Part shown: in pieces, positions 28,036 to 36,943 of the stretch
Numbering within the stretch: the first letter of the stretch is position 1
Layout of the letters: every line of letters begins with the position of its first letter
NCBI GenBank assembly: GCA_043815885.1
Contig: JBDRIL010000030.1
Span: 1-39,279, forward strand
Length of the DNA: 39,279 bases
DNA from: an archaeon
GTDB taxonomy: Archaea; Iainarchaeota; Iainarchaeia; Iainarchaeales; 1-14-0-10-31-34
Direction: 5' to 3'
Notes under the pieces: generated by a model
What the model saw: only the letters and a program-made list of their open reading frames with translations
Databases searched by the model: none
What the model was told of the DNA's origin: nothing
Position numbers and translations under genes: made by a program

Positions 28036-28881
28036 ATGAAGAAAAAACCCAGAAACCTGAAAGAAGCATTGAAGAACAAGCTGGCAAAAAAGGAATTGAA
28101 TCAATTAATTACTTCCTTTGATTCCATTGGAAACATTGCAGTAATACAGGTTCCAGACGAGCTGGAAAAAAAAGAAAAATTAATTGGGAATACATTACTT
28201 AAATTAAACAAGCAATTCAAAACTGTCTGCAAGGTTGTAAGCCCCAGAAAGGGAAAATATAGAGTACAGGAATTAAAGGCAATTGCAGGAGAAAAAAATT
28301 TCATTGCAGAATACAGAGAGAGCGGATGCAGATTTATTTTTGATGTAAAAAAAGTGTTCTTTTCCCCAAGGCTTTCAAGTGAAAGGCTAAGGATTGCAAA
28401 AGAAGTGAGAAAAGGAGAAGTGATTGGGGCATTCTTTGCTGGAGTCGGGCCATATCCAATTGTTCTGGCAAAAAATTCCTTGATGAAGAAAGCCTTTGCA
28501 GTGGAAATTAATCCTGCTGCAGTAAAATACATGAAGGAGAATATTGAATTAAATAAATGCACTGAAAAAATTGAAGTAATTAAAGGGGATGTAAAAAAAA
28601 TTGCTTCAACCAAACTGAAGAATAAATGCGACAGGATTTTGATGCCTTTGCCTCACGGAGGAGAAAATTATTTAGCTTCATGCCTCAAAGCAATAAAGAA
28701 AGGGGGAATAATTCATTTCTATCAATTAACCTCAATCAACAATCCGTTTGAGGAACCATTGAAAAGAGTTAAGGAAGAAGTAAAAAAGTTAAAGAGAAAG
28801 CATAAAATATTATACAGAAAAGAAGTAAGGCCTTTTAGTGCAACACGCGTCCAGGTAGTAATTGATTTCAGGGTGAATTAA
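28036..28881 (+). CDS. trm5: Trm5/Taw2 (Met-10+) family tRNA methyltransferase
   Basis: SFDSIGNIAV, VFFSPRLSSER, FAGVGPY, EINP, DRILMPLP and GGIIHFY motifs. Confidence 0.88.
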   Translation: MKKKPRNLKEALKNKLAKKELNQLITSFDSIGNIAVIQVPDELEKKEKLIGNTLLKLNKQFKTVCKVVSPRKGKYRVQELKAIAGEKNFIAEYRESGCRFIFDVKKVFFSPRLSSERLRIAKEVRKGEVIGAFFAGVGPYPIVLAKNSLMKKAFAVEINPAAVKYMKENIELNKCTEKIEVIKGDVKKIASTKLKNKCDRILMPLPHGGENYLASCLKAIKKGGIIHFYQLTSINNPFEEPLKRVKEEVKKLKRKHKILYRKEVRPFSATRVQVVIDFRVN

Positions 28882-28882
28882 A

Positions 28883-29299
28883 ATGCTGAAACTGTCAATG
28901 CATAAAATTTTGTTGAAAATTCGAAAAAAGCATTTGCATCCAAAGGATTTTGATTTGGTTATCGGGATTGGATTGAGTGGATTGATTCCGGCAATAATTT
29001 TTGCAACAAAACTGAAAAAGGAATCAGGAATCATTAAGATTGAACACTATCACTGCGGAAGAAAACCAAAAAAGAAGCATGAAGAACCAAAAATAATCAG
29101 CAAACCAAAAATAAAATTAAAGAATAAAAGAATTCTTTTAGTGGATGATTTTGTGAAGAGTGAGGCAACAATTAATCTGGCTGAAAAATTACTGAAGGAA
29201 AAAAAAGCAAGAAAAATAACTAGAATTGCTTTGGTTGGAACAAGAAAGTATTGTTTGTTTAAAAGCAAGGATTGCGCTGTATTTCCTTGGAGCAGGTGA
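28883..29299 (+). CDS. Type I phosphoribosyltransferase family protein
   Basis: VIGIGLSGLIPA and ILLVDDFVKSEAT PRPP-loop-like motif; FPW at the C-terminus. Confidence 0.8.
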   Translation: MLKLSMHKILLKIRKKHLHPKDFDLVIGIGLSGLIPAIIFATKLKKESGIIKIEHYHCGRKPKKKHEEPKIISKPKIKLKNKRILLVDDFVKSEATINLAEKLLKEKKARKITRIALVGTRKYCLFKSKDCAVFPWSR

Positions 29300-29310
29300 G
29301 GAGGAATAAA

Positions 29311-29964
29311 ATGAATTTGATTTTTTTAGGCCAGCAGGGAGCAGGGAAAGGAACCTATGCCCAGTATGTTCAGGAAAATTACGGCTTCAAGCAGATAAGC
29401 ACTGGTGATTTGCTTAGAGAGGAAGCAAAAAAGGAAACTAAATTGGGGAAAAAGATTAAGGAAACAATGAATGAAGGCAAGCTATTGGAAGATGAAATAG
29501 TGACAGAGATACTGGAAAAAAGGTTAATGGAAAAAGACATGGAGAAAGGATTTATTCTTGATGGTTATCCCCGTACACTCTATCAGGCAAAACTATTGGA
29601 TGAAGTGATGGAGAAAATGAATAAAAGAATTCATGCAGTGATTAATTTCTCTGTAACTGATAAGACTTCAATCCAAAGACTTAGCGGAAGAAGGCAGTGC
29701 AGTAAATGCAATAAAATCTATCATCTGGAGAATCTTCCGCCAAAAAAACCTGGAATCTGTGATGTGTGTGGGGGAGAACTCTTCCAGAGGGAAGACGATA
29801 AACCGGAAGCAATAAAGAAAAGGCTGGATGAATACAGGAAGAACACCAAACCATTAATTGATTATTATAAGGAAAAAAATTTATTGATTGAAATTATCGC
29901 CGACAAACACTTCACTGAAGTAAGACCAGAGATTGATAAAACATTGGAAAGCATAAAACAATGA
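29311..29964 (+). CDS. adk: Adenylate kinase, bacterial long-LID type with zinc motif
   Basis: GQQGAGKGT, STGDLLR, GFILDGYPRT, CSKC..CDVC and QREDD motifs. Start ATG 29311 with GAGGAGG SD. Confidence 0.96.
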   Translation: MNLIFLGQQGAGKGTYAQYVQENYGFKQISTGDLLREEAKKETKLGKKIKETMNEGKLLEDEIVTEILEKRLMEKDMEKGFILDGYPRTLYQAKLLDEVMEKMNKRIHAVINFSVTDKTSIQRLSGRRQCSKCNKIYHLENLPPKKPGICDVCGGELFQREDDKPEAIKKRLDEYRKNTKPLIDYYKEKNLLIEIIADKHFTEVRPEIDKTLESIKQ

Positions 29965-29984
29965 ATATATTTAAATATTATTTA

Positions 29985-30001
29985 GTATTACTTTGTATTA
30001 C
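29985..30001 (+). promoter_or_regulatory. GTATTAC direct repeat (10-bp period), probable RHH operator
   Basis: GTATTAC at 29985 and 29995, between the TTTAAATA box and the ATG of the RHH gene. Confidence 0.5.
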
Positions 30002-30304
30002 ATGGAAATCCTGACTCTTAAATTAAAGGAAAATGTAATGAATGAAATGAATAAGGCAATAAAAGCATTCAATTACAATACAAAAACAGAATTTGTGAGG
30101 GAAGCAATTAGGGATAAACTAACGGAATTAGAAGAACAAAGAAGGAAACAGAAGGCATGGGAGAAATTGTTTGCTATGCGAGGCAAACTTAAAGGGAAAA
30201 GCAAGTTCAAGACTTACGATGAATGGCATGACTGGAGAAGCGATGAAGGGAGCCGAGAATTACTAGCCAAACTTGAAAAGAAGTTTGGCATCAAGGAAAA
30301 ATAA
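30002..30304 (+). CDS. Ribbon-helix-helix (CopG/NikR-like) protein, probable antitoxin
   Basis: LTLKL...YNTKTEFVREAIRDKL motif and a LFAMRGKLK VapB-like segment. Confidence 0.8.
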   Translation: MEILTLKLKENVMNEMNKAIKAFNYNTKTEFVREAIRDKLTELEEQRRKQKAWEKLFAMRGKLKGKSKFKTYDEWHDWRSDEGSRELLAKLEKKFGIKEK

Positions 30305-30704
30305 TTTCTTCCGGTACCTTAAATCCAACGATATCCAAAAGCTCGTTAAAGTGCTTGTCTCTTGTAATCATTATTGCCTCATTGTCTCTAGCAATGATTG
30401 CTTGAAGAACATCATTGAAAGGCAATTTTCTGTTTTTAGCAATTTCTTTGGATTCATTCATCTGCTTTTTTGAAACAGGAACCTCTAAGAGCAATTCCTT
30501 AAATGGAGAAAACATTTCTTCAATCAATTGCCTTGGAAAATCCTTCAATTCAAACAAAAGAGGCTCAGAATAAACTACTATGCATTTATGCTTTCTGCAA
30601 TTATTCAAAAACTGAAAAGCAAAATCCCCTAAAGGCCTTATTCCATTGCTTCTGTCTTCAAAGTAATCCCGCCAGATAGAAGTGTCAACGTAGAATTTCC
30701 TCAC
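30291..30704 (-). CDS. PIN-domain (VapC-like) ribonuclease
   Basis: YVDTS..D, SE...EL, ND..Q and ITRDKHF acidic motifs. Confidence 0.9.
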   Translation of the reverse strand: MRKFYVDTSIWRDYFEDRSNGIRPLGDFAFQFLNNCRKHKCIVVYSEPLLFELKDFPRQLIEEMFSPFKELLLEVPVSKKQMNESKEIAKNRKLPFNDVLQAIIARDNEAIMITRDKHFNELLDIVGFKVPEEIIFP

Positions 30705-30744
30705 TTAAAACCAACTCTCAATTGAATAGAAGCAATTAAAGAAT

Positions 30745-31578
30745 TTAAATCTTTTTATACGTTGATTGCAGAAGCAAAGCATCTTCTTCCAGGTTCGGGG
30801 ATTCACAGATGCAAATGCCTTTTGCCTTGAATTCTTTTAATGCCTTCATTAATTCGTTGTACTTTAAATCCGATTCTTTTAGAATTAAATGATTTCTCTC
30901 TCCTTTTTCTGTATAATTTATTCCTGAAACATGCATATGCATATTGTTTATTCCTTCTCTGCCTAAACTTTTTTCAATGGATTCAAGTATCTGAGTGAAT
31001 TCTTTTTCTGAATTCATTTTTCCTGTTCGCGCATGGATATGGGAAAAATCAACACAGGGCATTACCCCAGGCAATTCCTCTGAAAGAGAAAGAATTTCTT
31101 CTAAAGTTCCGAACTGTGAATGCTTTCCAGTTGTTTCAGGCCTGATCCAAATCTTTATTCCTTCTTCTTTCAATTCCTTTAAAATATGCTTTAATTCTTT
31201 TTTCACGTTTTCATAGACTGCTTTCGAATCCATTTTCATGTAATAAGCTGCATGAAAGGTAACTGATTCTGCCCCGCATAAAAAGCCAATTCTTGCTGAA
31301 TTAATTATGTGGCTTCTGCTCATTCCAATGGTTTGTTTTTTCAGTGAATTCAGATTAATGTAGTAGGGAGCGTGAACTGAAAGCCTTACACTGTTTTTTT
31401 CTGCAATTTTTTTTATTTCTGGGGCATTTTCTTTTTTTATATTAATATTTCTAACGAATTCAAGTTCCATGCAATCCAAACCCAATTCCCTTACTCTCTT
31501 TATTCCTTCCTCTGTTCCCATTCCTTTAGAACTGATGGGAATTCCTGCAGGGCCAAACATTAATTTATCAAATTTCAT
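30745..31578 (-). CDS. nfo: Endonuclease IV (archaeal AP endonuclease 2)
   Basis: FGPAG, MELEFV, HAPYYINLNS, PETTGK, DFSH.HAR, HMHVSGI and CESP motifs. Confidence 0.93.
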   Translation of the reverse strand: MKFDKLMFGPAGIPISSKGMGTEEGIKRVRELGLDCMELEFVRNINIKKENAPEIKKIAEKNSVRLSVHAPYYINLNSLKKQTIGMSRSHIINSARIGFLCGAESVTFHAAYYMKMDSKAVYENVKKELKHILKELKEEGIKIWIRPETTGKHSQFGTLEEILSLSEELPGVMPCVDFSHIHARTGKMNSEKEFTQILESIEKSLGREGINNMHMHVSGINYTEKGERNHLILKESDLKYNELMKALKEFKAKGICICESPNLEEDALLLQSTYKKI

Positions 31579-31655
31579 TTTTATTTCACTTTAAACCAAT
31601 TAAGAATTGAAATGAATTAAAAATGTTTTGCAGTTTTCTTGTTTTAGGGATAAAA

Positions 31656-32558
31656 ATGATTGAAGTAGTAATGGTTGGAAGCGTTGCATTAGACTCCATT
31701 CAGACTCCTTTCGGGAAAGCAGTTGAAACTTTGGGCGGAAGCATTTCTTATGCTTCCCATGCATGTTCTTTTTTCGCTAAACCAGGAATTGTTGCAGTAG
31801 TGGGGGAAGACTTCCCCCAAAAACACATTAAATTATTTGAGGAACGAGGAATTGATGTAAGCGGATTAAAGAAAGAGATGGGAAAAACATTCAGATGGAA
31901 TGGAAAGTATGAATTTGACATGAATATAGCTGAAACCCTTTCAACTGAATTAAATGTATTTCAATCCTTTAATCCAGTGCTTCCGGAAAATTACAGGAAA
32001 GCAAAATATGTTTTTCTTGGAAACATTGATCCTGAACTGCAGTTGAATGTATTAAAGCAGATGGAGAATCCTGAATTGGTTGTGAGTGACACAATGAATT
32101 ACTGGATTGAAAACAAGAAAGAAAAAGTAATGGAAGTAATTAAGACAGTTGATATCGCTTTAATGAATGACGCTGAAGCAAGAATGCTGTTCAATACCCC
32201 TAATTTATTCAAGGCAGCAAAAGAAGTATTGAAGCTGGATTCAGATTATGCAATCATCAAGAAAGGCGAACACGGAGCAATAATGTGCACTGCTTCTTCC
32301 TGCTTTTCATCTCCAGCCTATCCATTAGAGAATGTAGTTGACCCTACTGGAGCAGGAGACAGTTTTGCCGGAGCATTCATTGGTTACCTAGCCAAAACAA
32401 GAGATTTAAGCGAAGGAAATGTAAGAAAGGCAATGGTTTACGGAAGCGTTGTAGCTTCACTGAACGCAGAAGGCCTGGGAATGGAAAAATTCAAGGAAGT
32501 AACACAGGAAAAAATTGAAGAAAGATTCAATGAATTCAAGAAAATAGTTGAATTTTAG
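31656..32558 (+). CDS. PfkB/ribokinase-family kinase
   Basis: GSVALD..TPFG..LGGS, KKGEHG and DPTGAGDSFAG motifs. Start at ATG 31656. Confidence 0.93.
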   Translation: MIEVVMVGSVALDSIQTPFGKAVETLGGSISYASHACSFFAKPGIVAVVGEDFPQKHIKLFEERGIDVSGLKKEMGKTFRWNGKYEFDMNIAETLSTELNVFQSFNPVLPENYRKAKYVFLGNIDPELQLNVLKQMENPELVVSDTMNYWIENKKEKVMEVIKTVDIALMNDAEARMLFNTPNLFKAAKEVLKLDSDYAIIKKGEHGAIMCTASSCFSSPAYPLENVVDPTGAGDSFAGAFIGYLAKTRDLSEGNVRKAMVYGSVVASLNAEGLGMEKFKEVTQEKIEERFNEFKKIVEF

Positions 32559-32603
32559 CTAATGTTTATTAAGCAGAAAAGAGTTTTATTAATTGGAATG
32601 AAT
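32541..32603 (+). repeat. 63-bp direct repeat, copy 1 (pfkB last 5 codons + stop + intergenic + ATG AAT)
   Basis: 58/63 identical to 34080-34142. Confidence 0.95.
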
Positions 32604-34079
32604 ATAAACTTAATTCATTTAATTTTGTTGATATTGGTAGGACTACTGATTGGATGTACTCAACCAATAGAAGATAAATCGATGGAAAAACAAGAACTTA
32701 AAATTCTTTTTCTTGAGAGAGATGACAGCAAATACTATTTTCCTCAACAATACACTATGATTAAAAAAGCCTTAAGAGACCAAGGACACGAAGTTGATTC
32801 TTCTTTTTCACTTTCATCCCAAATACTTAATGAACATGATGTATTAATTGCAATAAAACAATCCGATTTCAGTGAAGATGAAGTAAGTGCAATAAATAAT
32901 TTTATTAACCAAGGAGGCGGAGTTCTTCTAAGCGGTTTTACTACATTTGATTCGGAAGATAACTGGCAAGAGATTGAATTAATCAAGTTTGGTTATAATG
33001 TTAGCATTAGCAACCAATTTATGCCTACAATTATAGTCGATGAAGAAAATGGTTTCTATGGCAACATACAAGGCTATTTACTATCAAAAGACAGAATAGA
33101 TGAAACCTTTTCTGAGGGAATAGAAGAAGTTGCAGTTACAAACGCTTTAGAGACGAAAGGAAATGGAAAAACTCTTTTAAAATCACTTCCTTCGTCTAAT
33201 CACCCAAGCGTTCCGATAATACTTTACAACGAAGTTGGAAAAGGAAGGATTATTGTTTCTTCAATAAGTATATTTATGGATGGTCAGATAAATCAATTTG
33301 ATAACGCAAGATTTACTGCAAACCTTGTTAATTGGCTTGGAAGGAGCAACAAAGCTTATGTTGAACCCAGTTTGCCGGCGTTCAAGAACAGAAATTTTTT
33401 ACCCGAAGAAGAAAATGAAGCACTAAAATGGATTGGAGATAATTTAAATGATGAAATAATTAGTTGCTGGTGGGAAGAAGGGCAGTTTTTAAAAGATTTT
33501 GGAGGCAAACCATTGTTAAAAAATGCAACTGAATTTTCAATTAAACATGCAGGTAATCCTTTTCTTGTTATTAATAAGCCATTTGAGGATGAAGAAAAAG
33601 AAAAAGATGTTGCAAGCTTATATTTAACTCAAGATATCAATGAATTCAAAGAAATAATGGGAAAAAATAATTCTGATTATTTTTTACTTGTAAGACAATA
33701 TCTCGAAAGCTTACCTTCTTTCGTGATAATGAAATATCAGCTGGGCGATTACTCAAACCCAGAAATAAACAAATATTCATGCCTTGCCTTTGAATGCAAT
33801 AAAGAAATAAACGACAAGTATGGATGTGGACCCAATAGTTTGAGCCAAGAAGAAATGGAATTACTGCCTACCACCTACATAACCAGACCCAACCAAATCT
33901 ACGCAGAAAGAATGCCTCTATATCTCTACAAGTCAAAAGACAATTCAATTATTTATTTTATTAACGATGCAACGAACAAGACAATTGTTGTGAGAATGTG
34001 GTTTAATGATGCAGAGTTATCTAATGATTTTGAGACAGTTTTTGAAAATAGCGAGACTAAAATAATTAAGGTTAAATAA
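32598..34079 (+). CDS. Lipoprotein: GATase1-like/DUF4350 (GIFT-like) domain plus AglB/STT3-like C-terminal domain
   Basis: Signal peptide ending LLIGC; FSEDEVSAINNFINQGGGVLL and GKGRIIV..DNARF..NLVNWL; then ALKWIGDN..IISCWWEEG..DVASLY..FETVFENSETKIIKV. Confidence 0.75.
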   Translation: MNINLIHLILLILVGLLIGCTQPIEDKSMEKQELKILFLERDDSKYYFPQQYTMIKKALRDQGHEVDSSFSLSSQILNEHDVLIAIKQSDFSEDEVSAINNFINQGGGVLLSGFTTFDSEDNWQEIELIKFGYNVSISNQFMPTIIVDEENGFYGNIQGYLLSKDRIDETFSEGIEEVAVTNALETKGNGKTLLKSLPSSNHPSVPIILYNEVGKGRIIVSSISIFMDGQINQFDNARFTANLVNWLGRSNKAYVEPSLPAFKNRNFLPEEENEALKWIGDNLNDEIISCWWEEGQFLKDFGGKPLLKNATEFSIKHAGNPFLVINKPFEDEEKEKDVASLYLTQDINEFKEIMGKNNSDYFLLVRQYLESLPSFVIMKYQLGDYSNPEINKYSCLAFECNKEINDKYGCGPNSLSQEEMELLPTTYITRPNQIYAERMPLYLYKSKDNSIIYFINDATNKTIVVRMWFNDAELSNDFETVFENSETKIIKVK

Positions 34080-34142
34080 AAAATAGTTGAATTCTAGGGA
34101 ATGTTTAATAAGAAGAAAAGAGTTTTATTAATTGGAATGAAT
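34080..34142 (+). repeat. 63-bp direct repeat, copy 2
   Basis: Starts at the base after the lipoprotein stop and encodes a silent KIVEF* copy of the pfkB C-terminus. Confidence 0.95.
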
Positions 34143-34769
34143 TTGAAAATATTGTTTGTTGTTTTATTTATTGTTTTGCTTATTAATTCAGTTAATTCCT
34201 TACGTATTCTGTGTTCTATAGACGAAGAAACCGGAGAATTAAGTAATTGCCCAACTCTCTATTGTAAGTTAACAGATAGTGTTTCATATTGCTTTTATGA
34301 AAATAAATATACTGAAGGGATTTATGAAGAGATTACAGTTGAAGCATTTTGTAAGCCAATAGACTGTAATTCCACGGAATTCTGCAAGGAAGAAATCAAA
34401 CATATTCATTTTAACGGAATGGAAGAACTAAATGTCGGAGATCAAATAATCTTTGAAGCACAAGGTCTCAGTGATTATGGATATTGTACTAAAAAATTTG
34501 GTTGTGAATATTGTGATTCGGTTGGAGGAGTTAAAAAATCTATTGAGGAAAAAGGCAGTGGAATTGCCATTAGCAAAATAATTGAAGAAAAAAGTAAAAC
34601 TAATAAAAGGAGTTTTGCAATTGGATACGTACTTGAAGACATTGGGGAAGATGATAATTATTTTCCTCTTTTTGAAATAATAGTTTATACAATTATCCTT
34701 GCAATCATAGTTGCCTTATTGATTTTTGGATATACTTATTATAAAAAGAAAAATCCGCCAAAAAAATAA
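34137..34769 (+). CDS. Secreted Cys-rich protein with C-terminal TM anchor
   Basis: N-terminal signal peptide, 10 Cys, C-terminal hydrophobic helix and KKKNPPKK tail. Confidence 0.8.
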   Translation: MNLKILFVVLFIVLLINSVNSLRILCSIDEETGELSNCPTLYCKLTDSVSYCFYENKYTEGIYEEITVEAFCKPIDCNSTEFCKEEIKHIHFNGMEELNVGDQIIFEAQGLSDYGYCTKKFGCEYCDSVGGVKKSIEEKGSGIAISKIIEEKSKTNKRSFAIGYVLEDIGEDDNYFPLFEIIVYTIILAIIVALLIFGYTYYKKKNPPKK

Positions 34770-35321
34770 TTACTTCTTCTGAGTTGATTTTTTCCTTTTA
34801 AGCAGTTTCCATCCGCTTGAATCGATTTTTGCGTTTGCTAGGACGATTATTGTGCCGTCTTCTGCTTTTAGTCTTGTTTTTCTTAGGCTTACATCGATTA
34901 ATTCTCCTTTGTGGCCTTGGGTTTCGATTATGTCTCCTAAATCAAAGTGTCTGTCTGATAAAAGCAGCATTCCTGAGACAACATCACTCAATGAATCCTT
35001 TACTGCCATTGCTACTGCTAATCCAGCTAAAGCTCCCAATCCAAGCAGCGAAGCAAAGATTGCATCTAATCCCATTGAGCCAATAAGCCAGGAAAGAACC
35101 AAAAACCACATTCCCCATCCAGAAACCCTGTAAGTTATGTGCTGAATGTCTGTATTCATCTTAGTCTTTTTCAATGCCTTCCTGATAAGGGATTGAATTA
35201 TTTTAATTACAATAAATGCAATTACTAATACTACTCCAACAAAAATCAGTGTTGGAAGAAATGCAATCAATCCATTAATCATTTGCTCAAAGCCACTGTA
35301 AACCGTGCTAACTGTATCCAT
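34770..35321 (-). CDS. mscS: Small-conductance mechanosensitive channel (short MscS-like)
   Basis: LGALAGLAVAMAVKDSLSDVVSG..FDLGD.I..G....LRKT......G..IVLAN. Lacks the distal C-terminal domain. Confidence 0.88.
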   Translation of the reverse strand: MDTVSTVYSGFEQMINGLIAFLPTLIFVGVVLVIAFIVIKIIQSLIRKALKKTKMNTDIQHITYRVSGWGMWFLVLSWLIGSMGLDAIFASLLGLGALAGLAVAMAVKDSLSDVVSGMLLLSDRHFDLGDIIETQGHKGELIDVSLRKTRLKAEDGTIIVLANAKIDSSGWKLLKRKKSTQKK

Positions 35322-35426
35322 TCCACTCAACCAATAAAACAATTGTGAATTATAATAGGAACATAGTTATTAAAATAACTTATTAATCTTTTCCTTAATA
35401 ACAGCAAAAAAATATTTGGATTCAAA

Positions 35427-35648
35427 ATGAATTTATTTTCATTACTAAAAAAAGAAGAAAAGGAAGAAAAACCTAAATGTGCTTGGTGCGGCACAGAAAA
35501 AGAAAACCTGCCTTTTACTAAAATAAAGGGCGGAAAAGAATTTAGGTTTTGCTCTGATGAGTGCAGAAGAAATTTCAGAGTCCACTACAATCAAAGAGCC
35601 AAAACAAGAACCTGTTCTCCCTGCCTTCTGAAAAAAATACGGCATTAA
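35427..35648 (+). CDS. TRASH/YHS-like metal-binding small protein
   Basis: CAWCG..FRFCSDECRRNF plus an extra CSPC. Confidence 0.75.
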   Translation: MNLFSLLKKEEKEEKPKCAWCGTEKENLPFTKIKGGKEFRFCSDECRRNFRVHYNQRAKTRTCSPCLLKKIRH

Positions 35649-35699
35649 TTCAAAGAAACTAATTTAAATCTTATTGCCTATCTTTTGTTGAGTGAAGTT

Positions 35700-36611
35700 A
35701 TGGTTTACGTTAATACTGATTTATTGTTTAAGAAGGCAGAAAAAGGAAATTATGCTGTAGGGCAGTTTAATGTATTTAATTTAGAGACTGTTCTTGCGGT
35801 AGTGAATGAATGTGTAGAACTGAATTCTCCTGCAATAATTGCTGTGACTGAATCAAGCATTAATTATGCAGGAATACATAATTTGGTTGACTTAATCAAG
35901 CCATTGCTGGAAGGAACAAAGAACCGCTTTGCCTTTCATTTGGATCATGGAAGGAGCCTGGATACATGTGAAAAAGCAATAAAGGAAGGATTTTCTTCAG
36001 TAATGATTGACGGAAGCCAGCTTTCATTTGAGGAAAACATTGAAATTACAAGGAAGGTTGTTTCTATTGGGAAAAAGAAAAAGGTTTCAGTTGAAGCAGA
36101 ATTGGGGAAGCTGGTGAGCAGTGAAGAAAACAACAGCAGCAATAACTTCACTAATCCAGAGCAGGCAAAGGAATTCGTGAAGAAAACAAAATGCAGTTCT
36201 CTGGCTATAGCTGTTGGAACCTCTCATGGGGCATACAAATTCAAGGGAGAAGCAGAACTGGATTTTGAGAGAATAAAGAAAATAAAAAGCTTAACTAAAA
36301 TTCCTTTGGTACTGCATGGAGCTTCCTCTGTTCCAAAAGAAATCGTGGAGAAGGCAATTAAGTTTGGGGCAAAAATAGAGGAAGCAAAAGGCGTGGACGA
36401 AGCTTCAATCAAAAAAGCAATTCAGTGCGGGATAAGAAAAATAAATATTGATACTGATTTAAGGCTGGGATTTACTGCAGCGGTAAGGGAATACCTTCAG
36501 GAAAGGCCTGCAATCTTTGACCCAAGACAGATTTTAGGCCATGCAAGGGCAGAAATAAGGGAAATAGTAAAACAAAAGATTGCATTGTTTGGTTCACAAA
36601 ATAAAGGATGA
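35700..36611 (+). CDS. fba: Class II fructose-1,6-bisphosphate aldolase
   Basis: HLDHG, SSVMIDGS, VEAELG, GTSHGAYKF, LVLHGASSVP and KINIDTD motifs. Start at ATG 35700. Confidence 0.95.
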   Translation: MVYVNTDLLFKKAEKGNYAVGQFNVFNLETVLAVVNECVELNSPAIIAVTESSINYAGIHNLVDLIKPLLEGTKNRFAFHLDHGRSLDTCEKAIKEGFSSVMIDGSQLSFEENIEITRKVVSIGKKKKVSVEAELGKLVSSEENNSSNNFTNPEQAKEFVKKTKCSSLAIAVGTSHGAYKFKGEAELDFERIKKIKSLTKIPLVLHGASSVPKEIVEKAIKFGAKIEEAKGVDEASIKKAIQCGIRKINIDTDLRLGFTAAVREYLQERPAIFDPRQILGHARAEIREIVKQKIALFGSQNKG

Positions 36612-36617
36612 ATTAAT

Positions 36618-36941
36618 TTATTTTATCTCGTTTCTCTTCATCCATTTCTCTATTTCTCTTTCCATCCTGTTCAGGCTCTCATCCACTGCTTTTGAGATAT
36701 TCCATTCATCTGCTTTTGAAACAATCTGTGTTCCGCTGAATGCAAGCATTGAATGAATGAAGTACTTGGTTCTGCTGCCCTGCTTGCAGCATTCCTTTAA
36801 ATGAATTTTAAGGAATTCGATATTCCTTAATTCTTTTTCATATCTTCCAAGGAAACGCAAAGAACTTTCTTTCACTTTTCCTTTATCAAATCCATCTATT
36901 TCCTCAAAACCACTCAACTGCAGAAATTCTTCTAAAGGCAT
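36618..36941 (-). CDS. Stand-alone RaiA/HPF-like (S30AE-fold) protein
   Basis: LKIHLK..KY.IH......IVSKADEWNISKAVDESLNRMEREI matches the archaeal HPF-like pattern. Confidence 0.6.
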   Translation of the reverse strand: MPLEEFLQLSGFEEIDGFDKGKVKESSLRFLGRYEKELRNIEFLKIHLKECCKQGSRTKYFIHSMLAFSGTQIVSKADEWNISKAVDESLNRMEREIEKWMKRNEIK

Positions 36942-36943
36942 CT

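Noticed and set aside
32562..32597. Shared N-terminal peptide MFxKxKRVLLIG on two ORFs as a conserved signal
   Set aside because: It is a translation of the duplicated intergenic DNA; the better starts are ATG 32598 and 34137, which give normal signal peptides.
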